64,000 bases of DNA from Eledone cirrhosa (lineage: Eukaryota). The DNA lies in contig OZ024754.1 of assembly GCA_964016885.1 (NCBI GenBank), forward strand, positions 40,300,001-40,364,000, in the 5' to 3' direction. Position numbers and translations under genes: made by a program. The notes below the pieces were generated by a model. It did no database searches, was not told the DNA's origin, and was given only the letters and a program-made list of their open reading frames with translations. Positions 22,684-37,400 of this stretch are shown in pieces (positions within the stretch are counted from its first letter, which is position 1; every line of letters starts with the position of its first letter).

Positions 22684-25600
22684 TACATAAAAATAAAATT
22701 GTCTGATCTAACATGATGGATCAAGGTTTGATTTCAGGGATGTTCTGAAGTTGGTATAATTGCTGACATCTAGAATTAGCTGGCTACTAATAAGAAAACC
22801 TAAATAAAAGTGGAGTAAGGAGCATCCCTTAACACTTTTGATACCAAACTACTTGAAACTGGACATTTGAAAATCATAGGCAGTGTCTTTCATTAGAATT
22901 ATAGTAACAAGAAATTTCAAGGCTATAAAGACAGCTGTTTGAGACAATCTATTGTCATTTAATAAGCCATAATGGGCTTATTAAATAAATTAACTCATGC
23001 TACTAAAAGTTAAATATTTTATAAATTTTAAGCAGTATTATATAATATTTCTTTGGAAACTGAAAAATATGAATTTGTCTCTTAAGTGTACAGCATCAAT
23101 TTGTATTTATTGAAAAGTGTTCAAATTCAGTATTAACACACCTTCTCACTAATAAATATATATATTATATCAAGTAAACTACAACTGTTCCTTTTTAAAT
23201 ATTAGTTTTCACCCTACAGACATTAGTAGCTAAAACTATTTGGATAACAACCCACCAAATAATTCTCCCACAGTGAAACCACAACATATTTATAGTAAAA
23301 AAAAACTCTCAAACTCTAGGACCAATTTTAGAAATTGAAATCAAATTCCAAAATTAATTTTCTTTCTACACTAACTGAATTAATTTATCGAGGATAATAA
23401 ATGCAGATTTGAAACTAAGAGGATTGTGACTTGGATGTGTCATAATAATATGCTTGACCACAAGGCCAAAGGTGAACCTAGGAAGAAGTGGATTAATGGT
23501 GTCAAGGTATGGCAGATGTCACATCACATCACACTAAAGACAAGAATACAAGCAGATAAATAAATAACAAAAGTGGCATATTTAAACAGCAAACAATGGA
23601 AGATGCCTGAACTATCCCATTTAACATTTCTTTTCACTATGTGTAGTGACAGCACATATGACCTTTGCAGGCCCTGTCAGACTAGTGAAGTGGTTGTAGT
23701 TTAGCTCCATACCAACCCTGATAAAACCGACATAGTTAAAAGGTGTTCAAACTCTGATCCACTGGCTTTTTACAGTTGATAAAATAAATTCCATTGTAAC
23801 ACCAAGGTGGAATTTATCAAATAACCCCCCCCCCCCCTCTCAAACAAAAATGAGCTTTCTGCCTTGTGTAAAGAACTGATTATTAAGTAATGTTGTAAAC
23901 TGGAATAAATACTGTGACATTTTTAATCTAACACTTAACTCTGCCAATTTGCTGCCAATTAAGGAAGCCAATAAAATGCATCACACAAAATGGCCATGTA
24001 TAATTATAACATATGACAACTTAAAGTTGTTCCACAGTACCACTAGCTTCAAAGATGTCTCAACAATTTTTACAAAAGAAATATGGCTGGAATGACAGTC
24101 CAATATATTTGAGGCTAACATATAAGTATGATCCTCACAATATAAGTACAATCCTCAGTATGACAGTCCAATAGTAAGTGTATATATTTGTAGGTAAACT
24201 CATCCTCAATCATGTAAACTTAACAAGCTAGCTACAGAGACCAGGATCTCCAAACCGTTTAAACGATTGACCCGGTCATGGTGTCCTTGACCTCATTGAA
24301 TCCAGCCATGTACAAAAAAAAAATTAACTTTATCAACCAACAAAAGATAAGACAAACAGAAGCTAATTATATAGAAATCAGAAACAAAAAAGTTGCATGG
24401 AGCCCCCTGGGGTGGATGTCAACCGTTTTGGGGACACATATCAACGGACCAAATTGCAATACTGAATATTACAGATAAAATATTTGGTTACTGAACAATA
24501 CATATACACTGGCATAGAAGTTTTACTATAATGTCATACAGTCATAGTGTTGTTTTGTACTGTTCAAGAATGCCTTGCTAAGACAGTTTCATGTGATACA
24601 GGACATCAAAAGTTAATGTCATACAGTCATAGTGTTGTTTTGTACTTTATAAGAATGCCTTGCTAATGTGGTTTCGTGTGGTACAGGACATTAGAAGTTA
24701 AGCTGGTAAGAAACAAAATGTATATTCTGTTGAGATAATTGAAAACTTTAAAAGAGCAAGTTTGTATAAAACCTCAAGTAGCCAATATTAAGGCAACAAG
24801 GAACAACAATGCTGTAGCATTAAAGTAATAGTTTTGTAATGTAGGTAGTAAGGTGCAAAGTAATGAGAGATTAAGGGAAAGAGAGAGCCATCTGCAAGAA
24901 CCCTGTAAGTTTGACTGGTTCTTTTATCATATCTCTTATCCTCATAGGTAACATCTAATGTGTTACCAAAGAACATGAGAAGATATAACAAGTGTAATCG
25001 TTTCTTTTCACTTTTATGACTAATCATTTAAAGAATCCAAAACGAAGGTGAAGGCATTAAAAAACAAAATCAACTCTTTTAGAATATTTTACTAAAACAT
25101 CTGGCACTATTCTATAAATTATGAGTAGTCGTGTCAAACAAGAATATTGAACTTCATTAGCTATTTAATCTGATGATCAAGATGACTCATTTTAATATAA
25201 GGAGCTGAAATATTTTTTTAAATGAGAAGAATTAAAGTCCAGATTTAACTAAGACAGACGTACGTGTATTAGACGATATGCTAAACAACAAAAACTATTA
25301 TAAAGGTTACACTCCTTCTATTAAAAGTTTATTTATAGTTAAATGTAATATTTAAGAAACTATTTAGCCTTCTTATGGCCAATATAAATATATCTTTTTT
25401 TTTAAAATCCAGTGTATGTAATTTATTTATATAAATTTAATAGAAATTATTTCTTCAGGAATTTTAGGGGCCAGACATTAAGGTAGAAAATTTAGCTAAT
25501 TTTTTTTGTATCTTTATTTGCAAACAAGGGATTAATGTTACAGACCCCAAGTTTTTGTAATCATCATGGAAGAACAGTTTCACTTTAACATAACTCTCAT

Positions 25601-25961
25601 AATTTAGTTACCATTCCTCTGATATCTCTGTAATGCTCCAGTTTAGGTCTAATACAATCTTCCACACATAACAAAAATACACACACACACACCATCACCA
25701 TTTTTACATGTTTTTCTATATCTGTTACTGAATGTAAACTTATTTTAAAGAAAGAATTTATCACTAAAATAGAATCCAGGTCTTCTCTAGCATACAGAAT
25801 GTTAATAAATGAATCAGAGCTGCCCCACCTCAAACAATAGAATTTCACGGGTAAATAGTGTCTAATATGAAAAAGCAAGTGCTTTAGTCTTAACACTTAA
25901 CAATGGGGCAGAAATTTATATAATTATATCTAAAATAATATCAAGAAAATAAAAGCAGATG

Positions 25962-26020
25962 ATTGTGAGGGACTCTATTGTGAGGGACTCTATTGTGAGG
26001 GACTCTATTGTGAGGGACTC
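25962..26020. repeat. 15-bp tandem repeat x4
   Basis: attgtgagggactct. Confidence 0.9.
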
Positions 26021-27120
26021 GTCTTTGAAACAAATTGTATTGAACAGATTACTCATTAAAAAAATTCCATTAAACTTTTCTAATTTTCAAATATTTTTTT
26101 AAAATTATACTCCTAAAACTGCACAGCAATTTTCCACAATGTCTAAGCACTCATTCTTGATAAAGATTAGATTTATGTATTTGTAATTATTTTCTGATTA
26201 TCATCATCATCATCGTTTTACATTTGCTTTCTATTCTACCATGAGCTGGATGGGTTGTTAGGGTCCAAACCAGTTTTTATCCTTGATTACTTCTCTTTTA
26301 GATAGGTTGGAGGACATCCCAGCTTTGTACATCGCAGCTTTAGCATCATTTACAAAGCTGTATGACCAAAGCTATCATTATTACAAAAGGCAGTTTGATA
26401 AAATCTTTATTTAAATGTTATAACTGAAAAGCAGGATGTTAATAGTACTTGTAGAAAGACGAGAAGAGAAAATGGGAGACGTTTTAATAATTTCTGGATT
26501 TTGTAAAACGCTGACTGATAATGGAATAAATGCTAACTATTAAAGGTGTGTGTGTGATTAATTCATAGCAGTAATATCCAATAACATTTATTATTATTAT
26601 CATAATTTCCTGCAGGAACCTTTCTTAAGTTATGTTTTAAACACCAACTTAATGAGAAAGTTAGTTATATTACTAAATCCCTCCAGATTCTTATTTTCAA
26701 AATCATAAACAACATCCTTCATTAGAAATTTAATTAAAGAGTTAATGAACATGTAAATAAAATGAAACAACTTTAGAGATACTAGTTTTCATTCCATAAT
26801 GTTAATGTTACTATTTTCAGATAAAGAGAGAATATTGACATCTTTGTTGATTTTCCTTATTACTCTATTACATGTTTCAGCTGGGGCACCGCCATTATTG
26901 CTCAGATATTTTAGATATAATCTCCTAAAGAGGTAAACAGAAACAGTGACCTCTGAACTTTACCAGTGCAGGCCATAAAACTGCATTGCAGTAAAGTCAA
27001 CATTGCAGAAATCTCATGATTATAATTTCACTGTAAAATCAATTTGGTTTTGATAATGTTGGTGTACTTAAATGTAAACTTAATTTTACCATTGTCATGT
27101 TATCACAGAACAAATATCAT

Positions 27121-27349
27121 TTAACCCATTAGCATTTAAACTGGCTGTATCCGGCCAGAACTCTCACTTCTTTTTCTTCAAGCCAGCTGTAACTGGCTGC
27201 TCATACATACTTTAAAGTATTCTTCTCAAAATAAATAACATCAAAATCTCATAGATTTGATATTATGCGAGATAATTATGTGAAGTAAAGCCTTTATTGT
27301 GAAAATACAATACTATGTATATAGAGTAATGTAAATGCTAAAGGGTTAA
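27121..27349. mobile_element. piggyBac-like MITE (family A)
   Basis: TTAA-cccattagcattta ... taaatgctaaaggg-TTAA. Confidence 0.82.
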
Positions 27350-28821
27350 TCATGGATTTGTTAAAAATCCATTCTAATGTACATTTTTTTTTTTAATAAG
27401 ATCTTTTTAATGCTTTGAACATCTGATATTCTGAGTCCGGCATTTTTCTTTTAACTGATTCTGAATAAATTCAAACAGCATTTTAAATTTCAGAAAATTA
27501 AAAGACATTTTAAATCAATCCAGCCATATTTTGTGTATACTTTTCATGACATAAATTGTGTTGACACTAGCGGTAGATAGTATCTATTTATAGTAGGAAT
27601 GTCTAGACGAAAACAAACATTGTTCCAATGTCAATTTTGTGAGTAATTCTCCATTTTTAGGTACATTTTTTTCTCTTGAATCTGAAAATTCACAATTCAA
27701 TAATGATAAGTTTTGACAATCATGGGAACTGTTCAGATGGAAAGCTTGGCTTGTATCATGGCAAGGATTTAATATTGCTATTATCAGCATTGCTTTTACG
27801 TCCACTTTTCCATGCTAGCATAGATTGGACAGGCTGGCTTGAGACTGTTTTACAGTCAGATGTCCTTCATGATACAAAACCCTTTCAGTTGTCTCTTATG
27901 ACACAGTGATATATAAAGATTTTATTACGGTGGGAAAAAAATTCAGGTTCTCAAAATTATTTTTGCTTAGTTTTATTTTATTGTTGTCCAATGTATTTAG
28001 TCAGAGATTGATCATAGCCTTTTTCTATCCAGGTATAATAATTCACAGGTAAATATGGTATCATATCAAACACCAATATAATTCTAATGACAGACATAAA
28101 AAAGTATTTTTCATAAAATTTTATGAAATAATCTCGAAGACACCATAACAATTGTATAGATGGTAATAATTAAGACTTAGATTTCAAAAAATAGTTATTG
28201 GTACTCATGTACTTGTGGTATTGGCTTACTTCTCTAAATTGGTATATTTGGAAACCATTTTTATACTATCCATATTCACATTTTCATCTTGATCATGAAA
28301 AGGAATGTAAAATGCCCAATCCAAGAATGAAACCCATAAACTTATGCTAGTGAATCTAACATTCTAAACTCAAGGTCATGCACCTTCACAAAATAAAATA
28401 TAAGTCTCTTTGAAAATTGTTTCAATGTGTAAAATGTAAAAGTTAATAAAATTCAAAAATAAATTGAGTTTTAGACCCCCCCCCCCCTACACACACATTT
28501 TTTTATGACTGATTTAATTAACTGTACTTTACTTTATGTCTAATTTACACCTGACCTAGTATATTATTCTAATCATTGTTTTTCAGTAACTATTCAAACT
28601 ACACACACCACTAAATTTCTCATATAGACAACGTCCAACCCATGCAAGTATGGGAAAATGGACATGATGATGATGATAGATTAAAATGTAATATAGAAAC
28701 AAGCTTTTCAACAACATTCTGTAACAGTTGGTATATTTCAAACCATTGATAATATGTAGCAAGACATTGATAAAGACAGATTTTAACAGTTAAGAAACAA
28801 AAGGAATGAAACTCCGCCCCA

Positions 28822-29068
28822 ACCCTAGTTATCTAGCAGCTATGTTAAGTCCCTACCCTAGTTATCTAACATCCATGTTAAGACCCTACCCTAGTTATCT
28901 AGCAGCTATGTTAAGTCCCTATCCTAATTATCTAGCAGCTATGTAAGTCCCTATCCTAGTTATCTAACATCTATGTTAAGTCCCTACCATAGTTATCTAA
29001 CATCTATGTTAAGACCTACCCTAGTTATCTAACATCTATGTTAAGACCCTACACTAGTTATCTAACAT
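28822..29068. repeat. ~33-bp minisatellite, ~7.5 copies
   Basis: accctagttatctagcagctatgttaagtccct and variants. Confidence 0.9.
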
Positions 29069-29243
29069 GTATGTACAGATTTATATTAAAAAAAAAAACT
29101 TTTCAACAATGTTATGTATAAAAATTAGCTTCATGATTAGAGTTCTTTATATTTTACTAAATCCCTCCAAATTCTTGGTTATTTTCAAAATTTTGAAAAT
29201 TATAAGCAGTGTCTCTTCTTTCATTAGAAATATAACGACAGGG

Positions 29244-29472
29244 TTAACCCATTAGCATTTAAACCGGCCATATCTGACCAGAATTCTCTAATTTCTTTCT
29301 GTTCAAAATGGCCGTAACTGACCACTTATACTGATGTTAACATATTGTTCTCAAAATAAATAACATCAAAATCTCGTAGATTCAATATTATGTGAGATAA
29401 TTATGTAGGATAAAGCCTTTACTACAAAAATACAACAGTATATAGAGAGTAATGTAAATGCTAATGGGTTAA
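29244..29472. mobile_element. piggyBac-like MITE (family A)
   Basis: TTAA-cccattagcattta ... taaatgctaatggg-TTAA; perfect 14-bp TIR, colinear with the 27121 copy. Confidence 0.85.
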
Positions 29473-30514
29473 AGCCATTTTCCTTGTAGGCCCCATGAAA
29501 GACCTCATACCTATCATAGGGTCCTACCCAACACCAGCCCTTTCAGTTATCTCTTATGACCCACAGGAATATAATTCACCTATTCTAAGCTGGATACACA
29601 GAGATTTAAAAAAAAGTCCTTGATAAAATCATTCATGCTTCAAAATCTGATTTTTCAGATACAAAAGAAAACAGATCAAAAGAACTGAAAATATGTTGAT
29701 TCCAAGTCCTTGATAAAAAATGGCATTTTCCCAAATAAGTTGGAATAATTCTGCTAGTGGTATGGGGTCAATTTCTAGATAGAATTATTTACCTATGGAT
29801 ATAAGGTAACATTAACACTCCAATCATTCAATACACTTTTAATACATTAAGATTAAAAATGAGAAAGATATATTACTAAATAGCTCTAAATTCTCGATTA
29901 TTTTCAAAATTATTTGAAAACCCTAGGCAGTGTCTTTCATGAGAAATATGGTGACAAAGTGTTAAGGTACCATCAGAGTCAGAAAAGTTTCACTCTCAAG
30001 GATATTAAAGATCTAAATACTTCATCATTTGGTACAACATATCCAGTTATAGGTAATAATAGTTCATACAAATATTCAGACCTTTTCATACCAATCCTAC
30101 TAATCCCTGCTCTCTACCCCTAATTATATTACTAAACCCCTCTAAATCATAGGCAGCGACTTTCATGAAAAATATGGTCACAATTACTAATGATAAACAA
30201 AATCCTCCTTTCCAAAAGAAAGTAATTAATTTCATTAATATCTTTCTTAGAAATGCCAGAATCCAATTCAATGGAATAGATTAAGACATATCAAATAATT
30301 TATTCTTCAACCCTTCAATCTGTATTAATATTAATGTTGAATAAAAAATATATATATATATATATATATATTTCTGAAATATATTTGAACTGCTCCCTTG
30401 ATACCGTAAGTGTGAGCCTTCCCTCAATCAGGGCTGACTGGACATACAACACTGACAACCATATCATAACCCTGTTATTATCATATTTCTATGGAATGTC
30501 TCAGACTTAGTCAT

Positions 30515-31403
30515 CTAACCTGTCTGACTTCTGAAGGTGACACCCTGTCCAACCTCTGAAGGTGACAACCGTCTAACCTCTGAAGGTGACACCCTGTCCA
30601 ACCTCTGAAGGTGACACCCTGTCCAACCTCTGAAGGTGACACCCTGTCCAACCTCTGAAGGTGACACCCTGTCCAACCTCTGAAGGTGACAACCGTCTAA
30701 CCTCTGAAGGTGACACCCTGTCCAACCTCTGAAGGTGACACCCTGTCCAACCTCTGAAGGTGACACCCTGTCCAACCTCTGAAGGTGACACCCTGTCCAA
30801 CCTCTGAAGGTGACACCCTGTCCAACCTCTGAAGGTGACACCCTGTCCAACCTCTGAAGGTGACACCCTGTCCAACCTCTGAAGGTGACACCCTGTCCAA
30901 CCTCTGAAGGTGACAACCGTCTAACCTCTGAAGGTGACACCCTGTCCAACCTCTGAAGGTGACACCCTGTCCAACCTCTGAAGGTGACAACCGTCTAACC
31001 TCTGAAGGTGACAACCGTCTAACCTCTGAAGGTGACAACTGTCTAACCTCTGAAAGTGACACCCTGTCCAACCTCTGAAGGTGACACCCTGTCCAACCTC
31101 TGAAGGTGACAACCGTCTAACCTCTGAAGGTGACAACCGTCTAACCTCTGAAAGTGACACCCTGTCCAACCTCTGAAGGTGACAACCATCTAACCTCTGA
31201 AGGTGACAACCGTCCAACCTCTGAAGGTGACAACCGTCCAACCTCTGAAGGTGACACCCTGTCCAACCTCTGAAGGTGACACCCTGTCCAACCTCTGAAG
31301 GTGACAACCTGTCTAACCTCTGAAAGTGACACCCTGTCCAACTTCTGAAAGTGACAACCTGTCTGACCCATGCAAGCATAGGAAATAAACGTAAAATGAT
31401 GAT
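30515..31403. repeat. 24/25-bp minisatellite (~34 units) ending in a SINE tail
   Basis: Units aacctctgaaggtgacaccctgtcc and aacctctgaaggtgacaaccgtct; ends gacccatgcaagcataggaaataaacgtaaaatgatgat. Confidence 0.92.
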
Positions 31404-31654
31404 TTCTAATGAATTACACTGTATTGGAATTAAACAACAATGAATTTAGAAGGATTTACTAATATCAACCATTTCATTAATAAGATGGTATTTAGAACAA
31501 TTTCTTGTGCTGGAAGATTTTAATTTAAATAGGAAGCCTTTAAAATAGATGATTTTGTTTCATAGAACTAGAAACAGTTTTGGGCAGGTTGACATCACAA
31601 GGTTTAATATTGCAGTAAAGAATCATTTATATAGGATTAAAACATTTTACTTAC

Positions 31655-31806
31655 CAGGCGCTCACCAGATAGGACTTCTAGTAATTTTATCAACATCTTC
31701 CCATCTCGTAAATCCAAATACAAATCACTTATGCGGCAGCCAACCCGGGCAAGGTGTGAATTAACCCATTTTGTAAAGGTCTTTTTTTGCACTGCCTCTC
31801 TCTCAT
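31655..31806 (-). CDS. SPTBN1: beta-spectrin exon 2 (CH1)
   Basis: [51 protein letters not shown]; tag / gtaag. Confidence 0.96.
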
Positions 31807-31924
31807 CTAAAAATGAAATAAAAAATAATGATAATATTGACAAACGATTTGTAGGGTTTTTTTTTTTTTTTTTCATATTTTATTTTCTGCTAGATTGCAT
31901 AAGAACACAAACATCACAAACTGA

Positions 31925-32128
31925 TTAACCCTTTAGCATTTAAACCAGCCAGAATTCTCTCACTTTATTCTGTTTAAACTGGCTGTAACTGGTCACTCAT
32001 ACTCATGTTAAGGTATTGTTCTCAAAATAAAGAATATCAAAATCTCAGATTCGATATTATGTGAGATAAAGCCTTCACCATGAAAATATGATAGAAAATA
32101 TAGAGTAATGTGAATGCTAAAGGGTTAA
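31925..32128. mobile_element. piggyBac-like MITE (family A)
   Basis: TTAA-ccctttagcatt ... aatgctaaaggg-TTAA. Confidence 0.82.
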
Positions 32129-32930
32129 AGTAGGTGTAGGCACAAAACTATTACTAGGTTTAGTATACTAGTCATTTTGATTCATTTATTAGTGCTAAAA
32201 CACACACACCACTCCAATAATAGTGGCATTCGAAATATGAAATTCATATGAAAATACAAAAATACAAAAATAAAAATCACCAAATTATTCAAGTATATTC
32301 ATATATAATCCCAATGTCACTCAGTTTGTGATTCCATTTATGTCACTAATGATCTTGGGAAATATATATTATAAAACATCTTACTCATACTTTTACTTGT
32401 GCCAGAAACAAATACTTTGTGTGGGCTTTATGGATTTAAATCATAATGCCAACAGTTCTTCTGTACTGTACTGTACTGTTGTGTGGTATTTTTCTCTATT
32501 TCTCTCAGGCAACCAGTTAAACACTTGGAGAGAGATAGTGTGGGTGGTATAAAGAAAAGTGTGGAGTTGTGAAACACTTGGTGCAATGAACTATGCTAGC
32601 ATATATTCCTACTTCACAGTTGCTTGACCTGCTAAAATAGCTCTATCAGTCAACTATTCTGAACTAAGAAGCTTATATTCAACCAATGTTACCTGAAACT
32701 GTTTGTTTCCCACTTTCATACACTCCTATATAACACCCCCACAGACGTAGTTTTATTGAATAACAAATAATTGTGTGGAAATAGTGGAAAGTCTACAATG
32801 CAATAGTACGACTGAAATTTCAAAGTATTTATAGCTATCAAGTAAAGTACCACAAAAATTACCACTACTAAATAGCAGGTTATACCCCAAATTTGTCAAC
32901 TAAGTCAAAATATAGGAATATGTGTGTGAC

Positions 32931-32938
<8 letters not shown>

Positions 32939-33010
<72 letters not shown>
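32939..33010. repeat. (TA)n microsatellite
   Basis: Pure TA run. Confidence 0.95.
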
Positions 33011-33014
<4 letters not shown>

Positions 33015-34103
33015 TGTACACAGACATATATACATCAGAGAGAGAGAAAGAGAGAGTACTATCTCCAACATCATATGCTGCAAAAGGTCTCAATACATCC
33101 TTTATTTTATCTTTTATCTCTCAACCTTGACCCAGTTGAGATCTCTTTGCTCTCAGTTAATGTTGTTTGATTCCTCAAAATATTCTAAATGCTTTATTTT
33201 CCAAAACTCTTAAACTAGCTACAGTTTGATTGTTACACCAAGACTTCCTCCAAAATATTAAAACATTTCTTAATAGTTATGTATACTGTTCACCTTTCAT
33301 ATGAATTTCCAATCTATCTGATTTCTATACATTTGAAAACATTCCAATTATTTTCTATTAAACAAACCAGTTTTTAGATATTTTCTGTAGAATCATTACA
33401 GGATGTCAAAAGTTAAACATTTATTTAGTATGTACCCATCTAACAAAACATTTCTTTTAACTACATCTCAAAACTGTTTTATTGATGCTTATCTTAAATC
33501 ATGACAGGATGTTAAGAGTTTAAAGAGGAAATATTTAAAAACAGATTTAATTCAAATTAGCTGCAGCGTTAGAGTGAAGATTTTGTTCAATTTTTAATGT
33601 GATGCAGACCTAGTGTTGTTTTATATTTTTCAAGAATGTCTTGCTACTATGGATTCATGTGGTACAGCGTGTTAAGTGCTAAAGCCATAGCTTTGCCTAT
33701 CATTCTTTGCATTGTTGTTGTTACTAACCAAACACAATCAACATAATCTAAAACTGACATAAACCTATTTCTTTCTCTTCTATATCCACTGGTCTCCTCC
33801 ATAATGTAGTTTATTGAGACAGCAAAATACAGGCATATAACAGCACCATCCTAAATGACTCCACTCCCAACCTTCATTTCTCAGTTCACTCTTTACATTT
33901 ACTTCATCTATCACCCCTATTAACATGATAAACCATAGCAATGTAATATACCTCCCCAACATTTAACCCTATATAAACACCATTAAACAACTTTACACAG
34001 TCTACAACAGTCATTATTAGTCTGTCTCAAATGTTTTCTTCTAATCTTTTTTACTTGATTCCATTATTTGGCTGCACCAATGTATACATACATACATACA
34101 TAT

Positions 34104-34158
<55 letters not shown>

Positions 34159-34434
34159 TACACATCGGGGTTAGCCTTATGGACACCACAACAGGTTTCA
34201 CACACACCACAGCGTTCTTTTAGTGTGAATTTAGTAGATGGAATCTGTAACGTCTGTCACGTGTGTGTAAATATGCACGTGTGAGTATATATGCACATGT
34301 GAGTATAGATGCATTGATATTACAGGGGGTGATATTGTTTCATGTCACCAGAACACTTGTTAAATGTACAAAGAATCATACTTAAAACAAGATATCAGGC
34401 TGTAGAATTCTATTTCAACAAATATAATTTTGTT

Positions 34435-37400
34435 GGTCTAATAAGCAGCTCCTTTCCATGACCACAATATATCATTACAATACCAGTCTGGTCTAATAAC
34501 CAGCTCCTATAATCTAACACAATATATCATTACAATACCAGTCTGGTCTAATAACCAGCTCCTATAATCTAACACAATATATCATTACAATACTAGTCTG
34601 GACTAATAAGCAGCTCCTATAATCTAACACAATATATCATTACAATACCAGTCTGGACTAATAACCAGCTCCTATAATCTAACAATATATCATTACAATA
34701 CCAGTCTGGACTAATAACCAGCTCCTATAATCTAACAATATATCATTACAATACCAGTCTGGACTAATAAGCAGCTCCTATAATCTAACACAATATATCA
34801 TTACAATACCAGTCTGGACTAATAACCAGCTCCTATAATCTAACAATATATCATTACAATACCAGTCTGGACTAATAACCAGCTCCTATAATCTAACAAT
34901 ATATCATTACAATACCAGTCTGGACTAATAAGCAGCTCCTATAATCTAACACAATATATCATTACAATACCAGTCTGGACTAATAACCAGCTCCTATAAT
35001 CTAACAATATATCATTACAATACCAGTCTGGACTAATAACCAGCTCCTATAATCTAACAATATATCATTACAATACCAGTCTGGACTAATAAGCAGCTCC
35101 TATAATCTAACACAATATATCATTACAATACCAGTCTGGACTAATAACCAGCTCCTATAATCTAACACAATATATCATTACAATACCAGTCTGGTCTAAT
35201 AACCAGCTCCTATGATCTAACACAATATATCATTACAATACCAGTCTGGACTAATAACCAGCTCCTATAATCTAACACAATATATCATTACAATACCAGT
35301 CTGGACTAATAACCAGCTCCTATAATCTAACACAATATATCATTACAATACCAGTCTGGTCTAATAACCAGCTCCTATAATCTAACACAATATATCATTA
35401 CAATACCAGTCTGGACTAATAACCAGCTCCTATAATCTAACAATATATCATTACAATACCAGTCTGGACTAATAACCAGCTCCTATGATCTAACACAATA
35501 TATCATTACAATACCAGTCTGGACTAATAACCAGCTCCTATAATCTAACACAATATATCATTACAATACCAGTCTGGACTAATAACCAGCTCCTATAATC
35601 TAACACAATATATCATTACAATACCAGTCTGGTCTAATAACCAGCTCCTATAATCTAACACAATATATCATTACAATACCAGTCTGGACTAATAACCAGC
35701 TCCTATAATCTAACACAATATATCATTACAATACCAGTCTGGTCTAATAACCAGCTCCTATAATCTAACACAATATATCATTACAATACCAGTCTGGACT
35801 AATAACCAGCTCCTATAATCTAACAATATATCATTACAATACCAGTCTGGACTAATAACCAGCTCCTATGATCTAACACAATATATCATTACAATACCAG
35901 TCTGGACTAATAACCAGCTCCTATAATCTAACACAATATATCATTACATTACCAGTCTGGACTAATAACCAGCTCCTATAATCTAACACAATATATCATT
36001 ACAGTCCCAGTCTGGACTAATAACCAGCTCCTATAATCTAACACAATATATCATTACAATACCAGTCTGGACTAATAACCAGCTCCTATGATCTAACACA
36101 ATATATCATTACATTACCAGTCTGGACTAATAACCAGCTCCTATGATCTAACACAATATATCATTACAATACCAGTCTGGACTAATAACCAGCTCCTATG
36201 ATCTAACACAATATATCATTACAATACCAGTCTGGACTAATAACCAGCTCCTATGATCTAACACAATATATCATTACAATACCAGTCTGGACTAATAACC
36301 AGCTCCTATGATCTAACACAATATATCATTACAATACCAGTCTGGACTAATAACCAGCTCCTATGATCTAACACAATATATCATTACATTACCAGTCTGG
36401 ACTAATAACCAGCTCCTATGATCTAACACAATATATCATTACAATACCAGTCTGGACTAATAACCAGCTCCTATGATCTAACACAATATATCATTACAAT
36501 ACCAGTCTGGACTAATAACCAGCTCCTATGATCTAACACAATATATCATTACAATACCAGTCTGGACTAATAACCAGCTCCTATGATCTAACACAATATA
36601 TCATTACAATACCAGTCTGGACTAATAACCAGCTCCTATGATCTAACACAATATATCATTACAATACCAGTCTGGACTAATAACCAGCTCCTATAATCTA
36701 ACACAATATATCATTACAATACCAGTCTGGACTAATAACCAGCTCCTATGATCTAACACAATATATCATTACATTACCAGTCTGGACTAATAACCAGCTC
36801 CTATGATCTAACACAATATATCATTACAATACCAGTCTGGACTAATAACCAGCTCCTATGATCTAACACAATATATCATTACAATACCAGTCTGGACTAA
36901 TAACCAGCTCCTATAATCTAACACAATATATCATTACAATACCAGTCTGGACTAATAACCAGCTCCTATAATCTAACACAATATATCATTACAATACCAG
37001 TCTGGACTAATAACCAGCTCCTATGATCTAACACAATATATCATTACAATACCAGTCTGGACTAATAACCAGCTCCTATGATCTAACACAATATATCATT
37101 ACAATACCAGTCTGGACTAATAACCAGCTCCTATGATCTAACACAATATATCATTACAATACCAGTCTGGACTAATAACCAGCTCCTATGATCTAACACA
37201 ATATATCATTACAATACCAGTCTGGACTAATAACCAGCTCCTATAATCTAACACAATATATCATTACAATACCAGTCTGGACTAATAACCAACACAATAT
37301 ATCATTACAATACTAGTCTGGTCTAATAACCAGCCCCTATGATCTAACACAATATATCATTACAATACTAGTCTGGTCTAATAACCAGCTCCTATAATCT

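Noticed and set aside
30515-31379. Repetitive ORFs (LDRVSPSEVGQGVTFRGWTGCHLQR)
   Set aside because: Artefact of a 24/25-bp tandem repeat; the same peptide appears in all frames and does not fit the spectrin splice path.
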